The notes beneath the pieces were generated by a model. The model ran no database searches. It was not told the origin of the DNA and worked only from the letters and a program-made list of their open reading frames with translations. Positions 13,835 through 28,011 of a DNA stretch of 64,000 bases are shown piece after piece (the stretch's first letter is position 1; each line of letters begins with the position of its first letter). Origin of the DNA: Amoebidium appalachense (taxonomy: Eukaryota; Protista; Ichthyosporea). The position numbers were made by a program, and so were the translations under genes. The DNA is taken from assembly GCA_963693365.1 (NCBI GenBank), contig CAVNZM010000005.1:4471167-4535166 (forward strand). The letters run 5' to 3'.

Positions 13835-15890
13835 ACACACACACCTGCACGCAGCCAGCACCAGCCCAGCCGAAGCCCACGATGGGGGCTGCAACCCCGT
13901 CCCCTGCATGGCCTGTATTGTGGCCATCAGGCCCTGTGCATCCTTGGCCTGTGCCTGTGCATATGCCACCCGCCGCAGCAACACAGGCTCCCACGTGGCC
14001 CCATGCAGTCCGGCCTGGCCAGCCATAGTCCAAAGGGCGCAGACCTCAGGCCCCCTGTTTCGGCCCAGCCCAAGCAGTGCTGGCTGCAGCACGGCCGTAA
14101 AGAGCATGCCCTTGTCTCGGAGGTCGGCCAGCAGGCGCATGGTGACGTCATACTTGCCCTGGCCCACCAGCACCCCGACCACCTTGGCCCAGTCCTTGGG
14201 CCGGGGGGCCTGCAGCATGCCCTGTGCTGTGAGTGCCCCCACCACCCGCCACACATCCGCATCCGTGCCGCCCTGCTGCACCACCGAGCACATGGCCGTG
14301 CCCACAATGTCAATCCCCTGGCCCTTTAGCACCGGGGATAGCCCCTGAAGTGCCCCACCCAGGTCAGGGCTTGATGCTAGGGCCCTGCCCAGAGTCTGAG
14401 GGTTGACCCGCAGGTTCATACGGGCCAGGGTGGCAAGGTGCAGCGAAAGACCCTCCCAGTCTCTCAGGGCCAGGTGGCAGCGCATGGCCGTGTAGTGTGT
14501 GGCCTGGCTGGCAGTGACAGAGTGCACGTACATGCGCCCGTATATGCCCCTTAGGCCCTGCCCGTGGCCGGCCTTTGCACAGGCCACCATGGCATACCGG
14601 TAGGCCTGGTCACTGGCGCCCCCAGCATCCTCCATGGAACCCAGCACCCTCTCGACGTCTGCTGTCATGCCGTGTCTCCCGTACCCCTCCACAAGCGCCG
14701 CCCACATCCGTGCCGTCACCCTCTCCCGGTGCATTGTCACAGTGTCGGCGACGGCACTCACCAAACCGGGTGTTGCCGTACACATCATGCTAGCTAGGGC
14801 GGCCTGTGTGCGCCTGCTAATACCCAGCCCATGTGTGCGCATGTTTTCTAGCTGCCCCATCACCGCAGCCTCATTTCCAGCCAGGGCCAACCCACCCAGT
14901 AAAGCATTGGCCACAGGCCCGGCCCACTCCTCGTGCTGTAGCGCCGGTGCCGCAGCTACCTCTTGCATGGTCTCTATCTTGCCGGCCTGGCCGTATGCAC
15001 GCACAGCCGCAAGCAGTGCCGATGGAGGCAGGGGCATATTCTGCTCGTTGGCGGTATGTAGGACCAGGGCCAGCATGCTGAGATTGGCCTGCCGGGCATG
15101 GTGCACGGCCACACTGCCCAGCACGGTGCTACTGTGCTCTGGGCCCACCGTGCCACCCACCCTGTCCACCAGCCACTGAAGCACATTGTCCGTGTAGCCT
15201 ACGGGTACCTGTAGTTGTCCTGATAGCAGGCAGCTTGCGGCCGCCGCCATAAAAGGCAACTGGCCGTGCAGGTCGTGGCGCTGGGCATCGCACACAGCAG
15301 CCTCGGCATTGCCCCCATACGTGGCCAGTAGCTGTGAATAGACCGGCATGTCACCCTGCAGCCCATAGTGTCTGTTGAACTGCTCAAGGGTGGCCCATGC
15401 CCGGTCTGTGTCCCTGGCAGCAACACATCTGCCCACAGCAAGGCCCAATGTTTGCCGTGTAGGTGGGGGCTGTTTGTTTGCCACGAGCATATCCATAACC
15501 CGGCTATAGCCGTGGGGCCATGCAGCGAGGCCCACTGCTGCGTGGTAATGGGCCAACCCTGCCTTCCCACCATGCACCAACTCGTGCAGTTTCAACACCA
15601 CCTCGTGCCCATCAACCGTGCCAAGCAGCCCCACCCCCGTCCCCCCCTGCCGATGTCTGTGCTTGTTCTGCACCGCGTGGCTGTGGTTGTGTTTTCTTGG
15701 CTGCTCGTGCATGAGCTAAACCACTTAGGCCCCTTGTGCTGCCAACACGACCCCACACATGCGGAGGAGGGGTGTGCCTATGTTGGGGTGTGTACACAGG
15801 GCGCCATGGTTGCCTGGCCACACTCCCTAGCAGGGTGCGGGGGGCCAGGGCAGTGGCCAGCAGCCCGCATGGTGTCTTGGCGCACCACAT
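10490..15890 (-). CDS. Large multi-exon pentatricopeptide-repeat (PPR)-like protein, probably organelle-targeted. Main exons ~15890-13845, 13225-12915, ~12404-12128, 11582-10490; small exons and 3' end uncertain
   Basis: PPR-like ~35-aa helical repeats, e.g. ARMWAALVEGYGRHGMTADVERVLGSMEDAG, QAYRYAMVACAKAGH, YVYHALLQTCVAKGNASAAVRTLTHMCHVGPSPD. Arg/Ala/Leu-rich N-terminus from ATG 15890 is joined through a G7 run (see findings). Confidence 0.75.
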
Positions 15891-16380
15891 GGTCACCTCA
15901 TGTTGACCTAAGGAATGGGGTGGAAAGGGGAGCGGGGGGGGGGGGGGGGGGGGGGGGGAGCTGGTCAGCCAAGCAGCAAGATAGGGTAGTGGGTAGTGGC
16001 TCCTCTCTTGCCCTCCCTCCCCCTTCCCCCCCCCAACCCTCCCACACACACACACACACCTTTTACCCCCCCCCCCCCCCCCCCCCTTCCTCAACTTGCC
16101 CCCTTTCCCACACTCTTTTTCCTTCTCCATTTTGAGAGGCAAACAAAGTGGGCGGGCGGGCAAACGGGAGGGGAGAGGGAAGGTTACTTTCTTCAACTTT
16201 GTTTCTTTGTCAGGGAGCGAGAAAACAACTGTTGTGGTGCAGGTAAGTCAGGAGGGGGGGTTCCTTCTATTCCTTTGCACCGGTCCCTAAACCGGGCTGA
16301 AAAACACAGGAGACCAAGTAACTTCACCTCGTTTAAAAGAAGGTGTGTGGAGCAAGGAAAAGAGGGTGCATGTGGTCCGG

Positions 16381-16469
<89 letters not shown>

Positions 16470-16659
16470 GGGGGAAGGGTGGGGGTGGGGTGGGGGAGGG
16501 GGGAGGGCGGGGGGGTCATGAGAAGTGCCTGCCAGTGTGAGTGAATTGTTGTATGCAGAGTATGTGTGTGTGTGTACTCGTTTTTCTGCTCGAGTCACCC
16601 ACTGCGTGTGTGGAGTGTCAGTCTAGGTGTAGGTGTTTATAACGACCGTGTGTTTGAGA

Positions 16660-16724
16660 GGAAGAAGGGAGGGAGGGAGAGAGGCAGAGAGGAAGGGAGA
16701 TAGTGAGGGAGGGAGGGAGGGAGG

Positions 16725-16769
<45 letters not shown>

Positions 16770-17125
16770 AGAGAGAGAGAGAGAGAGAGCGAGGGCAAGA
16801 GAGAGAGCTAGAGAGAGAGAGAGAGAGCGAGAGCGAGAGAGGGAGAGAGAGAGGGGGGGGAGGGGGGGGGGGAGGGGAGAGAGAGAGAGAGAGAGAGAGA
16901 AGAAAGAGAGAAAGGGAGGGAGAGAGAGAGGGAGGGAGAGAGAAAGAGAGAGAGAGTGAGGGAGGGAGGGAGAGAAAGAGTGAGAGAGAAGAGAGGGGAG
17001 GGGGGCGAGAGAGACGGGGGGGGAGGGAGGGAGAGAGACAGAGAGAGGGGGGAGAGAGAGGAGAGCGAGGGAGAGAGGGAGAGAGGGGAGGGAGAGAGGG
17101 AGAGAGAGAGGGGGGGGGGGGGGGG

Positions 17126-17206
<81 letters not shown>
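16660..17206. repeat. Compound (GA)n/poly-G purine tract
   Basis: Directly visible. Similar tracts occur at 44550-45190 and 55517-55680. Confidence 0.95.
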
Positions 17207-17208
<2 letters not shown>

Positions 17209-18358
17209 CCGACAAGCTTCAGCAAGACAGAACGAAAGGCAGTGAAACAAGCAAAGACAGAAAAAATAGATAAAAATATCGAGGTGGGCAGAAATAAAGA
17301 GCAAGCACACTGGCAGGAGAAGTAGAACGAAAGCACGAGGTTCGGAGGACAGTTCGTGACGGAGGAGCCAACAAGATGTTCGAAAAAGATGGAAACCGTA
17401 AAACATGCAGCAGCAAAGCCCACCCACCTAGTAATGTTGGGCGCACACCACCTTGGGCTGCCTGCGACTCCTAACGTGGCACAACCTCTCATCTAGTGCG
17501 CAAACCCTAAACTTCCTAGTCCGACACTGAAATAGTGTTGCTGCCTCATGAAGTCAGGCAGAGGAGGCAGAGGGCGATGGCCAAGTGTGCAGGGCCAGCT
17601 TGAACAGTCGTAACCTGTATGACATCATTAACATAGCTATACCGTCAGAAATCGTCTAAAGCTACACCACTAGGGTGTACAGCTTAAGACTATGATGAGT
17701 GCCCCAATCTGTGCCTGTGAGAAGATCACACAAGGACAAAGGACAAGGTCTTGAACCAAAACATGCCGCGAGTCAGTCTCGGCAGCATAAAACGTTTTGC
17801 AAGTACCTATGTCCGTGGTTAGAATTCTGGGTCGAAGTAGATATGTAAAACATTTAGAGGCAAGAAAAGGCGCACATACGCGCAGAACCTAACAAGATTG
17901 TTTCGTACTGAAGGTCAAGATAAGTCTACTTGAGTAAGAGAAGAGACGGACAGAACCGGACCATCTGTGATCTCCCACTTTACCTAGGTGCGGCACAGCC
18001 ATTTTGGGTGCCCCTGCCTCCTTTTTAACTTGATTACAAGTCGGAAGTATTCCAGATTGCTTGGTGTAGTCGCACCGCACAACACCCTTAACGAGTTAAT
18101 ACAACACGAACTCAGCAGACGACCCACTGTTGCAGGATTTATTAATAGTATACTGCACAGTACCTACATTCACAGCCGAAAAAACCGCTCGGAAAAACTG
18201 CGTTTCGAAAGAGTAGTGCGTGGTCGTCGCCAGAACCATTCCAGGCGCGATGACCAGACCGTATTCAGCTGCTTCGGTGCAACCAGCACACACAACTCAG
18301 TAGTGTGGGCCTGTGCAAGAACTGAGACATCAGAGCTCTAAACACCACACCGTTCTTT

Positions 18359-18535
18359 ATGGTGCTGCACGGGCTGCTGCTGCTGGGGCTGTGGCTGGCC
18401 TTCAGCCTGCTTGTGGCCGGTGTTCTGTGCCTGCTGCTGTCCTCCCTGGCTACCGTGCATCTTGTCCGCTGGGCCTTCCGGCCTCTCTTGGAATTTCGCA
18501 GAACGAGTTACCCACCAAGCACAAAAGATGGTAAG
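18359..18535 (+). CDS. Probable first exon of a membrane or secreted protein; remaining exons not resolved
   Basis: ATG followed by a long hydrophobic helix (LLLLGLWLAFSLLVAGVLCLLLSSLATV) and GTAAG/GTTAG donor-like sites at ~18531-18536. Confidence 0.4.
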
Positions 18536-19030
18536 GTTAGGAGGCTTCATAGCCCCCAGGCAGCCGTGGGCGCGCGTCTAAGCAGGGAATATGGATTGGA
18601 ACAGCCAGCAAGGGATGGCCGTGCGTATAAGAAGGACCTGGCCAGGCCGGGAAGGTTTTCGGCAGTAAGGGAATGAAACGTGCCAAGCAGGACATCTGGG
18701 TGATGGCAAGAGAAGCATGTGATTTAGGCTTTTGCATTTGTTGTGAGCTTTGTCTTACGCTGTCCCTTGCCCTTTTATACTTACACTGTCCCTTGCCCTT
18801 TTATAGAATTACTTCTATTGGAGAATGATTGATAACAAAGAAAAGTTGGACTAAGTTCTAGCTTAACAGAATGAAGGCCAAGACCATCCACCTAAGTCGT
18901 AAATACTTTTTACTGATGAATACCGTAAGCCAAGCACAACCACACATGCACACACGTACCTTGCACTTACATTATACATGTCCGGCATACGCACATAAAC
19001 ATTAGGGCACTTACACCACTCTCCCCTCCC

Positions 19031-19061
<31 letters not shown>

Positions 19062-19108
19062 ACACACAGGGGCACATCACACTCACACGAGTAAAAACAC
19101 ACAAACAC

Positions 19109-19143
<35 letters not shown>

Positions 19144-20955
19144 GCACATTTCCATACTGAAATAACCCGCCACACCCACACAAACACATTTTCATACTCT
19201 AATAACTCACACAACAGTGGCTTACCCGGCTGTTCAAAAGGCCTCAGCTGACTGTGTGGGCCGAATAAACAAGAGCCCAGCCTTTTTATTACAATAGCGG
19301 ACCATATAACCATCTGGGAAGGTGATACCAACAGGCAGGGGCCGTCCCTCTCTCATCCACTCCCTCACTTTTTCCCGAGGCTCTCTCTCTCTCTCCTCTC
19401 TCTCTCTCCCCCGCCCTCTCCCCCCCGCCCCCCCTCCCCCCCCCTTCCCTTCTCTCTCTCTCCCTCTCCCTCTCACTCTCTCGCTCACGCTCTCTCTTCT
19501 CCCCCCCCCCCCCCCCCCTTCGCCGCCCTCATCTCTGGTCACATCTTCTCCCTCCGCTCCCCCCCCCCCCCCCCCCCCCACCACCCACCCAACCACCCAT
19601 TCCTCCTCTGCTTCGTTGCCCCCCCCCCCTCCCTCCCCCCCCCCCCCCCCCCCCCCTCCCCTCGCCCACCCTCTCTCACCACGCCCAACCAAGCCATCCC
19701 CCATCCCCTCAGCTTGCCCTTTCCCCTCACCCCCTGATACCACCCCTTCACCTCTGCAAGGCGTTCTGTTTTGTACCCCTGATTCTCAGCCAGTGCCCAG
19801 ACGTACTACGATACTACTCGAAATAGTTCACTTCTCACTATGATCACGTGATTCTCCCCTCCTTCCCTTCATACCCCCTACCCGGACCCCCCTCCCCTTC
19901 CACCCTATACGCTCATCCCTTATCCTTTTCCTCGCACCGTGCCCTCCCGCACAACTTGATCACATAACTTCAATAAATTGCCCATCCCCGGGTCAAATGG
20001 CTGATAAGCCACCACACTACTGCCACTGTCCCATATGGATTCCTGGTTCGAATTCCGCAGTACAACTGCGTCACACCCCGTCGTTCCATGGCCTCCTATA
20101 GCCGAAACATCAAGCAGATCACATTCAACTCTTTCGTAGAAATGAAATTCCCACTTGTGTTCTCTGCATCGCTTTCTCTATGCTTTCCCAAAACCAACTC
20201 CAGGTTTTCGCCTCCCTTGACATGCCCATGGCCCATGGCCACATATCTGCAATTGTCCGTGAAGCTCGTCGATCTAATAGAAGATTCCAAACCCTACATG
20301 GACACACCCAACCTCAATTGCCCACAAAAACGTGTAATCAACGTGACCTTTGCGACATAAACTCGATGCTTACGTCCAGAAAATGCAGAAAAATGCAGGC
20401 AAGTTGCAACGAAGCGCTCATGAAAAAAAAGAAACGCCTGCGGGCTGACTCACGCCTGGGTGAGTCAGTGATGATGACGTCACCATGAAAGCCAGGTGGG
20501 CTTTTTACTTGCCATATATGGTTTTATGGAAACGTAAACGAAGCCGATATCCAATAAAATGGCAGTGCTGTAGACGACTAGCCAATCACAGAAAGTTTCA
20601 TCTAGGTCAACAACTTTCAGCTTTTCCGTTGATCACAACGTATTGTTAAATTTATATCATAAATCTTGTAAAACCCCTTTTTTACATATATTTTGCAGCT
20701 AAAGATCCCCTTTTTATTCATTTTCCATTAAGCACGAATTACAGATCTTCCGTTCACGGTGATCTGTGGCACGATGGCATGCTGTGCGTGTCGGGGGAAG
20801 TGTTCACTTCTATCACCCCGTTTACGCACGTCTCATCTATGTGTTTGTGTTTTTCCGTGCCAAACATTATGCAGCTGTAAATGGGTAGTTGCTGTGAGGG
20901 TGTTACTGCGTGGGTGCGAAGGAGCGTAGGCCTATAGGGCCATAGAGAGAGGAGA

Positions 20956-21730
20956 ATGGTGAACGGAACGTTGATGCGCTATGCAGGGCCGGGAGAGGAA
21001 GGGGTAGAAAACCACGAAGGAGGGGCATATTGTTTGTTTGAGTACCAGGACTTGGCTCAGTTTTTGCCCGAGTCTATGCGTGCACGAGAGAGAATTACCG
21101 GCGACCCACAGCATGCACGTAAACGGCAGCCACGAGAAATTGATAGTTACCAGGTTTGTGGCGTGTGTGTCTTTGTGTGTGTATGTGCGTGTGCGTGTGT
21201 GTGTGCGTGACTGTGCGTGTGTGCGTGACTGTGCGTGTGTGCGTATGTGTATGTGCGTGTGTGTGTGACCGTGTGTGTGTGTTTGTGTGTGTATGAATTT
21301 TGTGCGTGTACGTGTGTGTGTGTCTCTGTGTTTGCTTGTGCCTCGGTGCTTGTGTGTGGGGGGTGAATATGTATGACATACTTGTCTTTTTGTTTTTGTG
21401 TGGGCGCGCCACACTGTGTGTGTGTATGTTTTTGTGTCTTTACGTATATGTGTGCAGGTGTGTGCATGTGTGCGCATGTGCGCGTGCAACATCAGCATAT
21501 GTAGTAACGGTAACGATGGTGTGCGCTGAATATATTGTGCACGCCGGATTGGCTTTCTCACTGCCTAATTTGGTTTGTGGTGAGGTTGCAAATAATATTA
21601 CATGATGTGTTTGGGTGCAGGTTCGTGTGGGTGTGCACGGAGTGGTGAGTGTGGCCTTGTGTATCACAGCATGTGTGTGTGTGTGTGTGTTTGTGTGTCA
21701 CACAGTGGTGTGTGTGTGTGTGTGGGTGTG

Positions 21731-21771
<41 letters not shown>

Positions 21772-22605
21772 ACAGAAGTTGTTGTGCAGGGCTTCTGCGC
21801 TGCTGGCTGAAGTGGGTGTGTGTGCGTGTGTATGTGTGTGTGTGGAATGTGCCCGTTCCCACGGTGGTGTCAACAAGTTTCCCGTGCCTTTTCATGTGCC
21901 TTCATTGATTTTGGCGAGGTTTATATAATTTTCAGCCTACATTTGGGAGGGATGAGATAGATTCGTTAGTCACTTTGTTGTTTAAATTTGTCGCAGTTTC
22001 TATGACACTACAAAATTCCCACTATCACAGGGGTTTTGTCTTAGGGGGCTGTTTTACTCGAACCTTAAAAACTAAGAGCTAAATAAAGGTGTTATAATGA
22101 CGTGCTAACACTTGAACGGAAGAACATTTTAACATAGCATCACTATTTCAGGAATGCCACTAATCATTGGCTAGCCCAAAAAGAAACTGATCTACTGTGT
22201 GTTCATTTATTGGTTGTTATGTTTTTTTTGCTTTCACACTAATGTTGCTGGTAGTACTGAAATAATGATGCTATCACTTATAAAGCTCTACCGTATTTGA
22301 CTTGTGCGTGGCAAGGCGGCACAGGTAATAATGAGTGTGTTCTATCTTTGATGTTGGATGGTGAGTTGTGACCTTACCCAAGCAAAAGAGAATGGAATAG
22401 AAATTTTTGGAATTAATCCTCAGTCGATGCTATCCACATTTAAAAGATCGAGCAGTTATATTGTAACCTTGTAACCCAACCGGGCCAAACTATCCAACAC
22501 AAACATTTCCATTGTAAATTCATAGGCAAAACAAATTTTCGCTTGCGCACACACACACACACACACACACATTCTCTCTCTCTCTCTCTCACTCACTGTC
22601 TCTCA

Positions 22606-22643
<38 letters not shown>

Positions 22644-23001
22644 CCCTCTCTCGCTTACACTGCACACATACCTGCCCATCTTTACACATACACCTTAGCC
22701 ACGCTATGGTGGCATACATTCACTGAAAACCACACACACACATACAAGCGCACACACATACACCACATATCAAACAACAGCAACTGAAACTCATGACTCT
22801 GTACCTGCAGGTGTGGTGTGAGGCGTGGTACCACTACAAGGCGTTTCTTCTGTTCCGACTGCCGCACCTGGCCACGTCACTGACCCGCTACGAAACATTC
22901 ATCGGAAATGCAGCAGACACCTACTCGTGGAAGGTATGATTTCTAGCCAACCTTTATGATTGTGGCTTGGGTGATGGTGGTGGTGGTTTTTTTTTTTTTT
23001 T

Positions 23002-23049
<48 letters not shown>

Positions 23050-23834
23050 AATGTGTTAGGAAAGGTAGGTGGGGATTTGGTTTTCAATAGTCTAGACCAA
23101 ACTGATGGTATTTTGCACATGGACGCCCACGTTTTTTCTCGCTTAGGTGCTTGAAAGGCGAGGAGTCAGTGATATGAAGATCAAGAGACTAAATATACCT
23201 ACTCACCCCCCTCCCCCCCCCTCCCCGCCCTTCCCCCTATTCCCGGCCAACAAACACACACCCAGACACCTATGTGCACGCGCACATACACACGCGTACG
23301 CGCGCACGCGCACACGCACACACACCATACTCACCACAAAAAAAGAAAAAAGAAAACAGAATAAAGGAGGAGGAAATCCACAGTCGCACACACACACACA
23401 CACACTACACTCCACATGCCCACAGCATACCTGACATGTACACATTCTCTCAGGCGGTATACGGCTACGATGTCGCCTTCCGAACGCGCATGGGGCAGGC
23501 ACAGGGAGCCATGAGGTGGTCTGAGCCCGACCCCCTGCTGATGGAGAGATACCTCACAGGCCCGATGGACAGGATTGGACGCACAGGCATGGAGGTACGT
23601 GCGTGTGTGAGAGATTCTGTGTATGTGTGCCTGTGCGTGTAAAGTACGACACGGAATAATTGTTACTCATGGGTGGGTTTTGATAGGGTAGAGAGTTGGT
23701 GTTCAAAGAGTGTACATGTTTCCCCAATGGTTGATATGCGCCAGTGGGAGAAGAGCATGGGAGCAATCTGTTCAGCTTGAGCTAGTACGTGTGTTCTGGG
23801 GGCATAAACTGTGTTTGTTGGTGGTGGTGGTGGT

Positions 23835-23865
<31 letters not shown>

Positions 23866-24326
23866 ATGGTAGCGGCGGTGGCCGCGGCGGCGGCAGTAGT
23901 GGTGGTGGTGTGTGTGTGTGTTTGGGTGGAGGGGGGGGAGGGGAGGGGGGAGAGGGGGAGGTCACCTCCAGGAGGTGGAGAGTGGGCACACACGTTACTG
24001 GAGCGCCAATCTTGGTGTTGTATGACGGCTACTGTGTTTGTGAGGGTTTCTACACCACACACACACACACATGGCGTATTATATGGTGTTATGGTGTGGC
24101 ACACTTTTGTGTAGATAGCAAAAGCGCTCAGTGTATGGAGTCCTGTAAGGAACTAAAGTCCTGTGGAAGCAATGTCAACTGATTCTCGTTGTTGTAGCAG
24201 GAGGAGGAACCGGGAAGTGAGCATAGGCTGGAGCGCTGGGCACTGGGCAAACACGTGGTGGTGCCAATGCTGAGGGTCGTGGCACGGCGCAACCCGTATC
24301 TGTATGCTCTGGGGGTGGCACGGTGA
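20956..24326 (+). CDS. Spliced gene resembling the ORF1/Gag-like protein of DIRS/Ngaro tyrosine-recombinase retrotransposons. Exons ~20956(?)-21153, 22811-22933, 23454-23594, 24198-24326
   Basis: Phase-0 GT-AG joins give [10 protein letters not shown]...[62 protein letters not shown]...[14 protein letters not shown]. This matches my recollection of the Ngaro/DIRS ORF1 pattern (EYVDLxxLL; IxxxxxWxxAxxxY; P; LxxY; WxxxxxYDxxFR; WxxxDxxL). Confidence 0.7.
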
Positions 24327-25482
24327 GGGCGTGTATAACACACACACACACACACACATCCACACACACGCGGCATCAGACTACTTTCTGTATTTTACGG
24401 CTGCAATGTTTCCCTCTACGCGCACCAACCGGCAGCCGGCAAAGATGATCTGAAGGGGTGATGACTTGATGCGGGGGACGGAGGACATGCAGGGGCATTC
24501 TCGTTGTTGGTGAAAGTGAAAATCAACTCTATATACCTCTCAAAGACAGATTATCCAGTGTTTTTTGTTTAAGGTTCGAAGCAGCCGCTTGAGGCTTTTT
24601 TCCACTCAATTCTTGGCCTGTGAATGATCGGCGCACACATACTGTGATACGTAGAGCGTTCCCTTTGCACGAAATGTTTAGATGCTTGGATTTATGGTTT
24701 GCTTGGTAAAATGTATTTGCCTATGCCCCTGGGTCGTAGGATTAGCAATGAAGGAATGCTTGGCTTGTGTTCGTCCCTACAAGTATACTATTTCATGGGC
24801 CAAAGTCAGGTACTACCAATTGATTTGCCTCGAATTGCCAGATATTTAGCGTTGATAATGTACAATAACTTTTTCCGGCAGCCTGTTATACCAGTATTTC
24901 AACGTAACATGTTCTATGTATCTTTCTATTTTGAATGTATGCGTGCACATCTAATGGCTATGGTATCTATATTAAGTAGCACTGATTGAGATGATGTGAT
25001 GTGGTGACCATTGCACTGTTTGTTGTACATGATATGCATGTCGACGTTTTGCCACTCCCAGATGGGCTGTTTCATGAAAAATAAAATCGATAAAGACTCA
25101 GCATGCACCGCTCACTGCATGCCCCAACCATCGGCATGGAATTCTGGTTTGATTTTTACAGGAGCAAAGAGTATGTGCATGTACATGCGTGAAGTCCTGG
25201 ATCTGCTGCTTACCACTCATTATATGCATCAGTCCCATCATGGAAAACTGAAAACCCATGCGTAAAGAAAATGCCGAATACTGGATAGGGGAATGAGGGC
25301 AGTTCACATGCACGATGAAGCTCACGTTCGGTTAATTAGTACAACACGTGTCAAAGATTTTTCACCAAAGTGTAAGAGCAACTTCGAGGTTTCAGACACA
25401 TAAATTTGTGGACGTCTTTGGTCCTTCACCGTTTCCTTCCAAACAAGATCAGTATAGGACTACTAAAAATAATATCCCTCCT

Positions 25483-25522
<40 letters not shown>

Positions 25523-25885
25523 CCACCACCACCACCACCACCACCACTACCTTCCCCGCAGTCTACTTCAACTACTAGCAGCATGTAGATGCATAACTTT
25601 GCACACCCAGCCACACAAACACACACACAATCGCTAGAGCTGGAATGCATGTGCATGATAAGAATATATTTGGTGGGTAAACACTGGTGGGAAGGGTGTC
25701 CGTGACTTTTGCCAAAAGACTTGAGAACCTCTAGAGGGGGGGGAGGGAAATTTTGTTAGACTGCCTGTGCAATTTCTTTTCTCTCTCTCTTTTTTTTTTT
25801 TTGGCTTGTGGATCCGATGATGGGGAACTGTCGGTGGGAGGGTTGGGTGGGTGGGTGGGTGGGTGGGACCCCCGTGGGATGGGGT

Positions 25886-25960
<75 letters not shown>

Positions 25961-26188
25961 TGGGTATTTCAGAGCTTCCACGGGGTAAGCTTTGTTGAGC
26001 CTAGGCGAGCACGAGGGCAGGATTCATCCGTGGTTGGCCGGAAGAGGAGTGGGTGGAAGGAACGGAAGGGGGAGGGAGGAGGAGGTGGGGGGGGGGGGGG
26101 GGGGGGGGTCGCTACCAAAGAGCCGATGGAACGGTGAGTGGATGGGTGGGTGGGTGGGTGGGTGGTGCTGATGTGTGTGTGCGTGTGT

Positions 26189-26219
<31 letters not shown>

Positions 26220-26445
26220 GGGGGGGGGGATTACGGTTCAGGTTGAAACGTAATATTAATGGGAATTTTGCTTTTTTTTTGGTCCATGTGTGGGGAGGTC
26301 GGGGGGGGGGGGGGGGGGGGGGGGGGGAAGAGGGAGACCCGGGGGGAGGGGAGGGGGGAGGGAGTTAATTGACAGGCCTTTGCGACGTGTAGTCCCCCCC
26401 CTCCCGGCCCCCTATCCAAGTCCGGTCCCCCCCCCCCCTCCCCCT

Positions 26446-26499
<54 letters not shown>

Positions 26500-26606
26500 A
26501 GACTATTATCAGCCCCCCCTCCCCCCTCCCCCTCCAGTCGAAATATGGCGCTCCCCTACTCCTCTCTCCTACCTCGCCCCCTCTCCCCTCTCGCCCCCTC
26601 TCCCCT

Positions 26607-26640
<34 letters not shown>

Positions 26641-27239
26641 CCCCCCCCGCCCCCCTCCCCCCAAAACACACACACACACACACACGTGCGTACAAAAAAA
26701 TTCTGTTCCAAATAATCACCCTTCCCCCTTTTCCATTCTATGCCCCCCAATTCCCCCCCTCCTCCCTCCCATCCCCCCCGGGCAAGAAATGACTGCAGCT
26801 TGCTCGTCTCACCTCCGCCCCCTCCCCCTCCACCCCCATCCACGTCCCCATTCCCCCCTCCCCCCTTCCCCTCCCCGTGTAGAAATTCGTCTGTTCATGG
26901 CTCTTATTTCATTCCCCGCCCATTTCCCTTTTGCCCTCCTCATTTTGATAGCCCCACGTTCTCCCCCCCCCCTTTCTTTCCCCTCCTTCCCCCCCCCTCC
27001 CCTACCAGGGCCAATAAAATACGGCTACTTGCTCGTCGAATCCCCCCCCCCCCCCCCCCCCCGGGCCCCCTCCTAAACCACCTCCTGTGTCCTCCCCCAC
27101 GTAGCAAATAATATGTACCATGCTCCTCCCTCATTACCCAGTCGTTCCCCTTCTCAATTTGACTCCCCATGATCTTGGATTCCCTCCCTCTTCCAGTCAC
27201 CCTCCCACAAGCAATAAAAGCCTGCACACGCATGCTTCA

Positions 27240-27298
<59 letters not shown>

Positions 27299-27933
27299 AA
27301 AGAAAGAAAGAAAGAAAGAAAGAAAGCGCTTACCCAACCCCTTACCACATTAGGATTAGCCCGTCCCTACCTCCTCTATCATAATGATTCCCCACCCGTA
27401 CCTTCTCTGCTAAATATCTCCCCCCCTCCCCCCCCCCCCCCCCCTCCTCTCTTCGGTTTCAATTAAACTTCCCGATTGGGGAACTTAACTTCCCGATTGG
27501 GAAAAAGGCCTGAAATTTTGAGCCTCCCTCTGCGCTGTTTATGCAGGGTTCGCAACCCCCCCCCCCCCCCCACCCCCCCCACACCCCATCCCACCCCCCA
27601 CCACCACAACCAGAAGAAAAGATGTTCTTTCCTTCGGTGTGGGATGTTTGGTGGTGCTAGATATTTATTCCGCTGTTTTTCAAAGTTCTTCTTTCCTTGG
27701 GGAGGGGGGGGGGAAGGTTGTATGTCTGTGTGTTTGACACGTGGATGTTTTTAACCTGTTTGTTTAAGGTCTTATTCAGTACCGCTCTCTAGTGGTGGGT
27801 ACCAGCCCCATGGGACCTATGACATGTGCATGTGCGCCCAGGTGTGTGCGGCCGTGTGCGTGCATGCGTGCGTGTGTGCGTGTGTGCGTGTGTCTGCGTG
27901 TGTATGCGTGTGCGGGGTGGTCGCGTGTACAGG

Positions 27934-28011
<78 letters not shown>

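Noticed and set aside
15368-16135. Plus-strand ORFs overlapping the PPR exon
   Set aside because: Antisense shadows of GC-rich coding sequence.
16623-17492. SLSL/ERER/CVCV/HTHT/poly-P and poly-G ORFs here and throughout the window
   Set aside because: Microsatellite and homopolymer translations with no coding signal.
24699-25265. Short non-repetitive ORFs; likewise 7155-7439, 9815-10192, 20088-20360 and 37877-38120
   Set aside because: May be exons, but reading frame and homology are unsupported by sequence alone.
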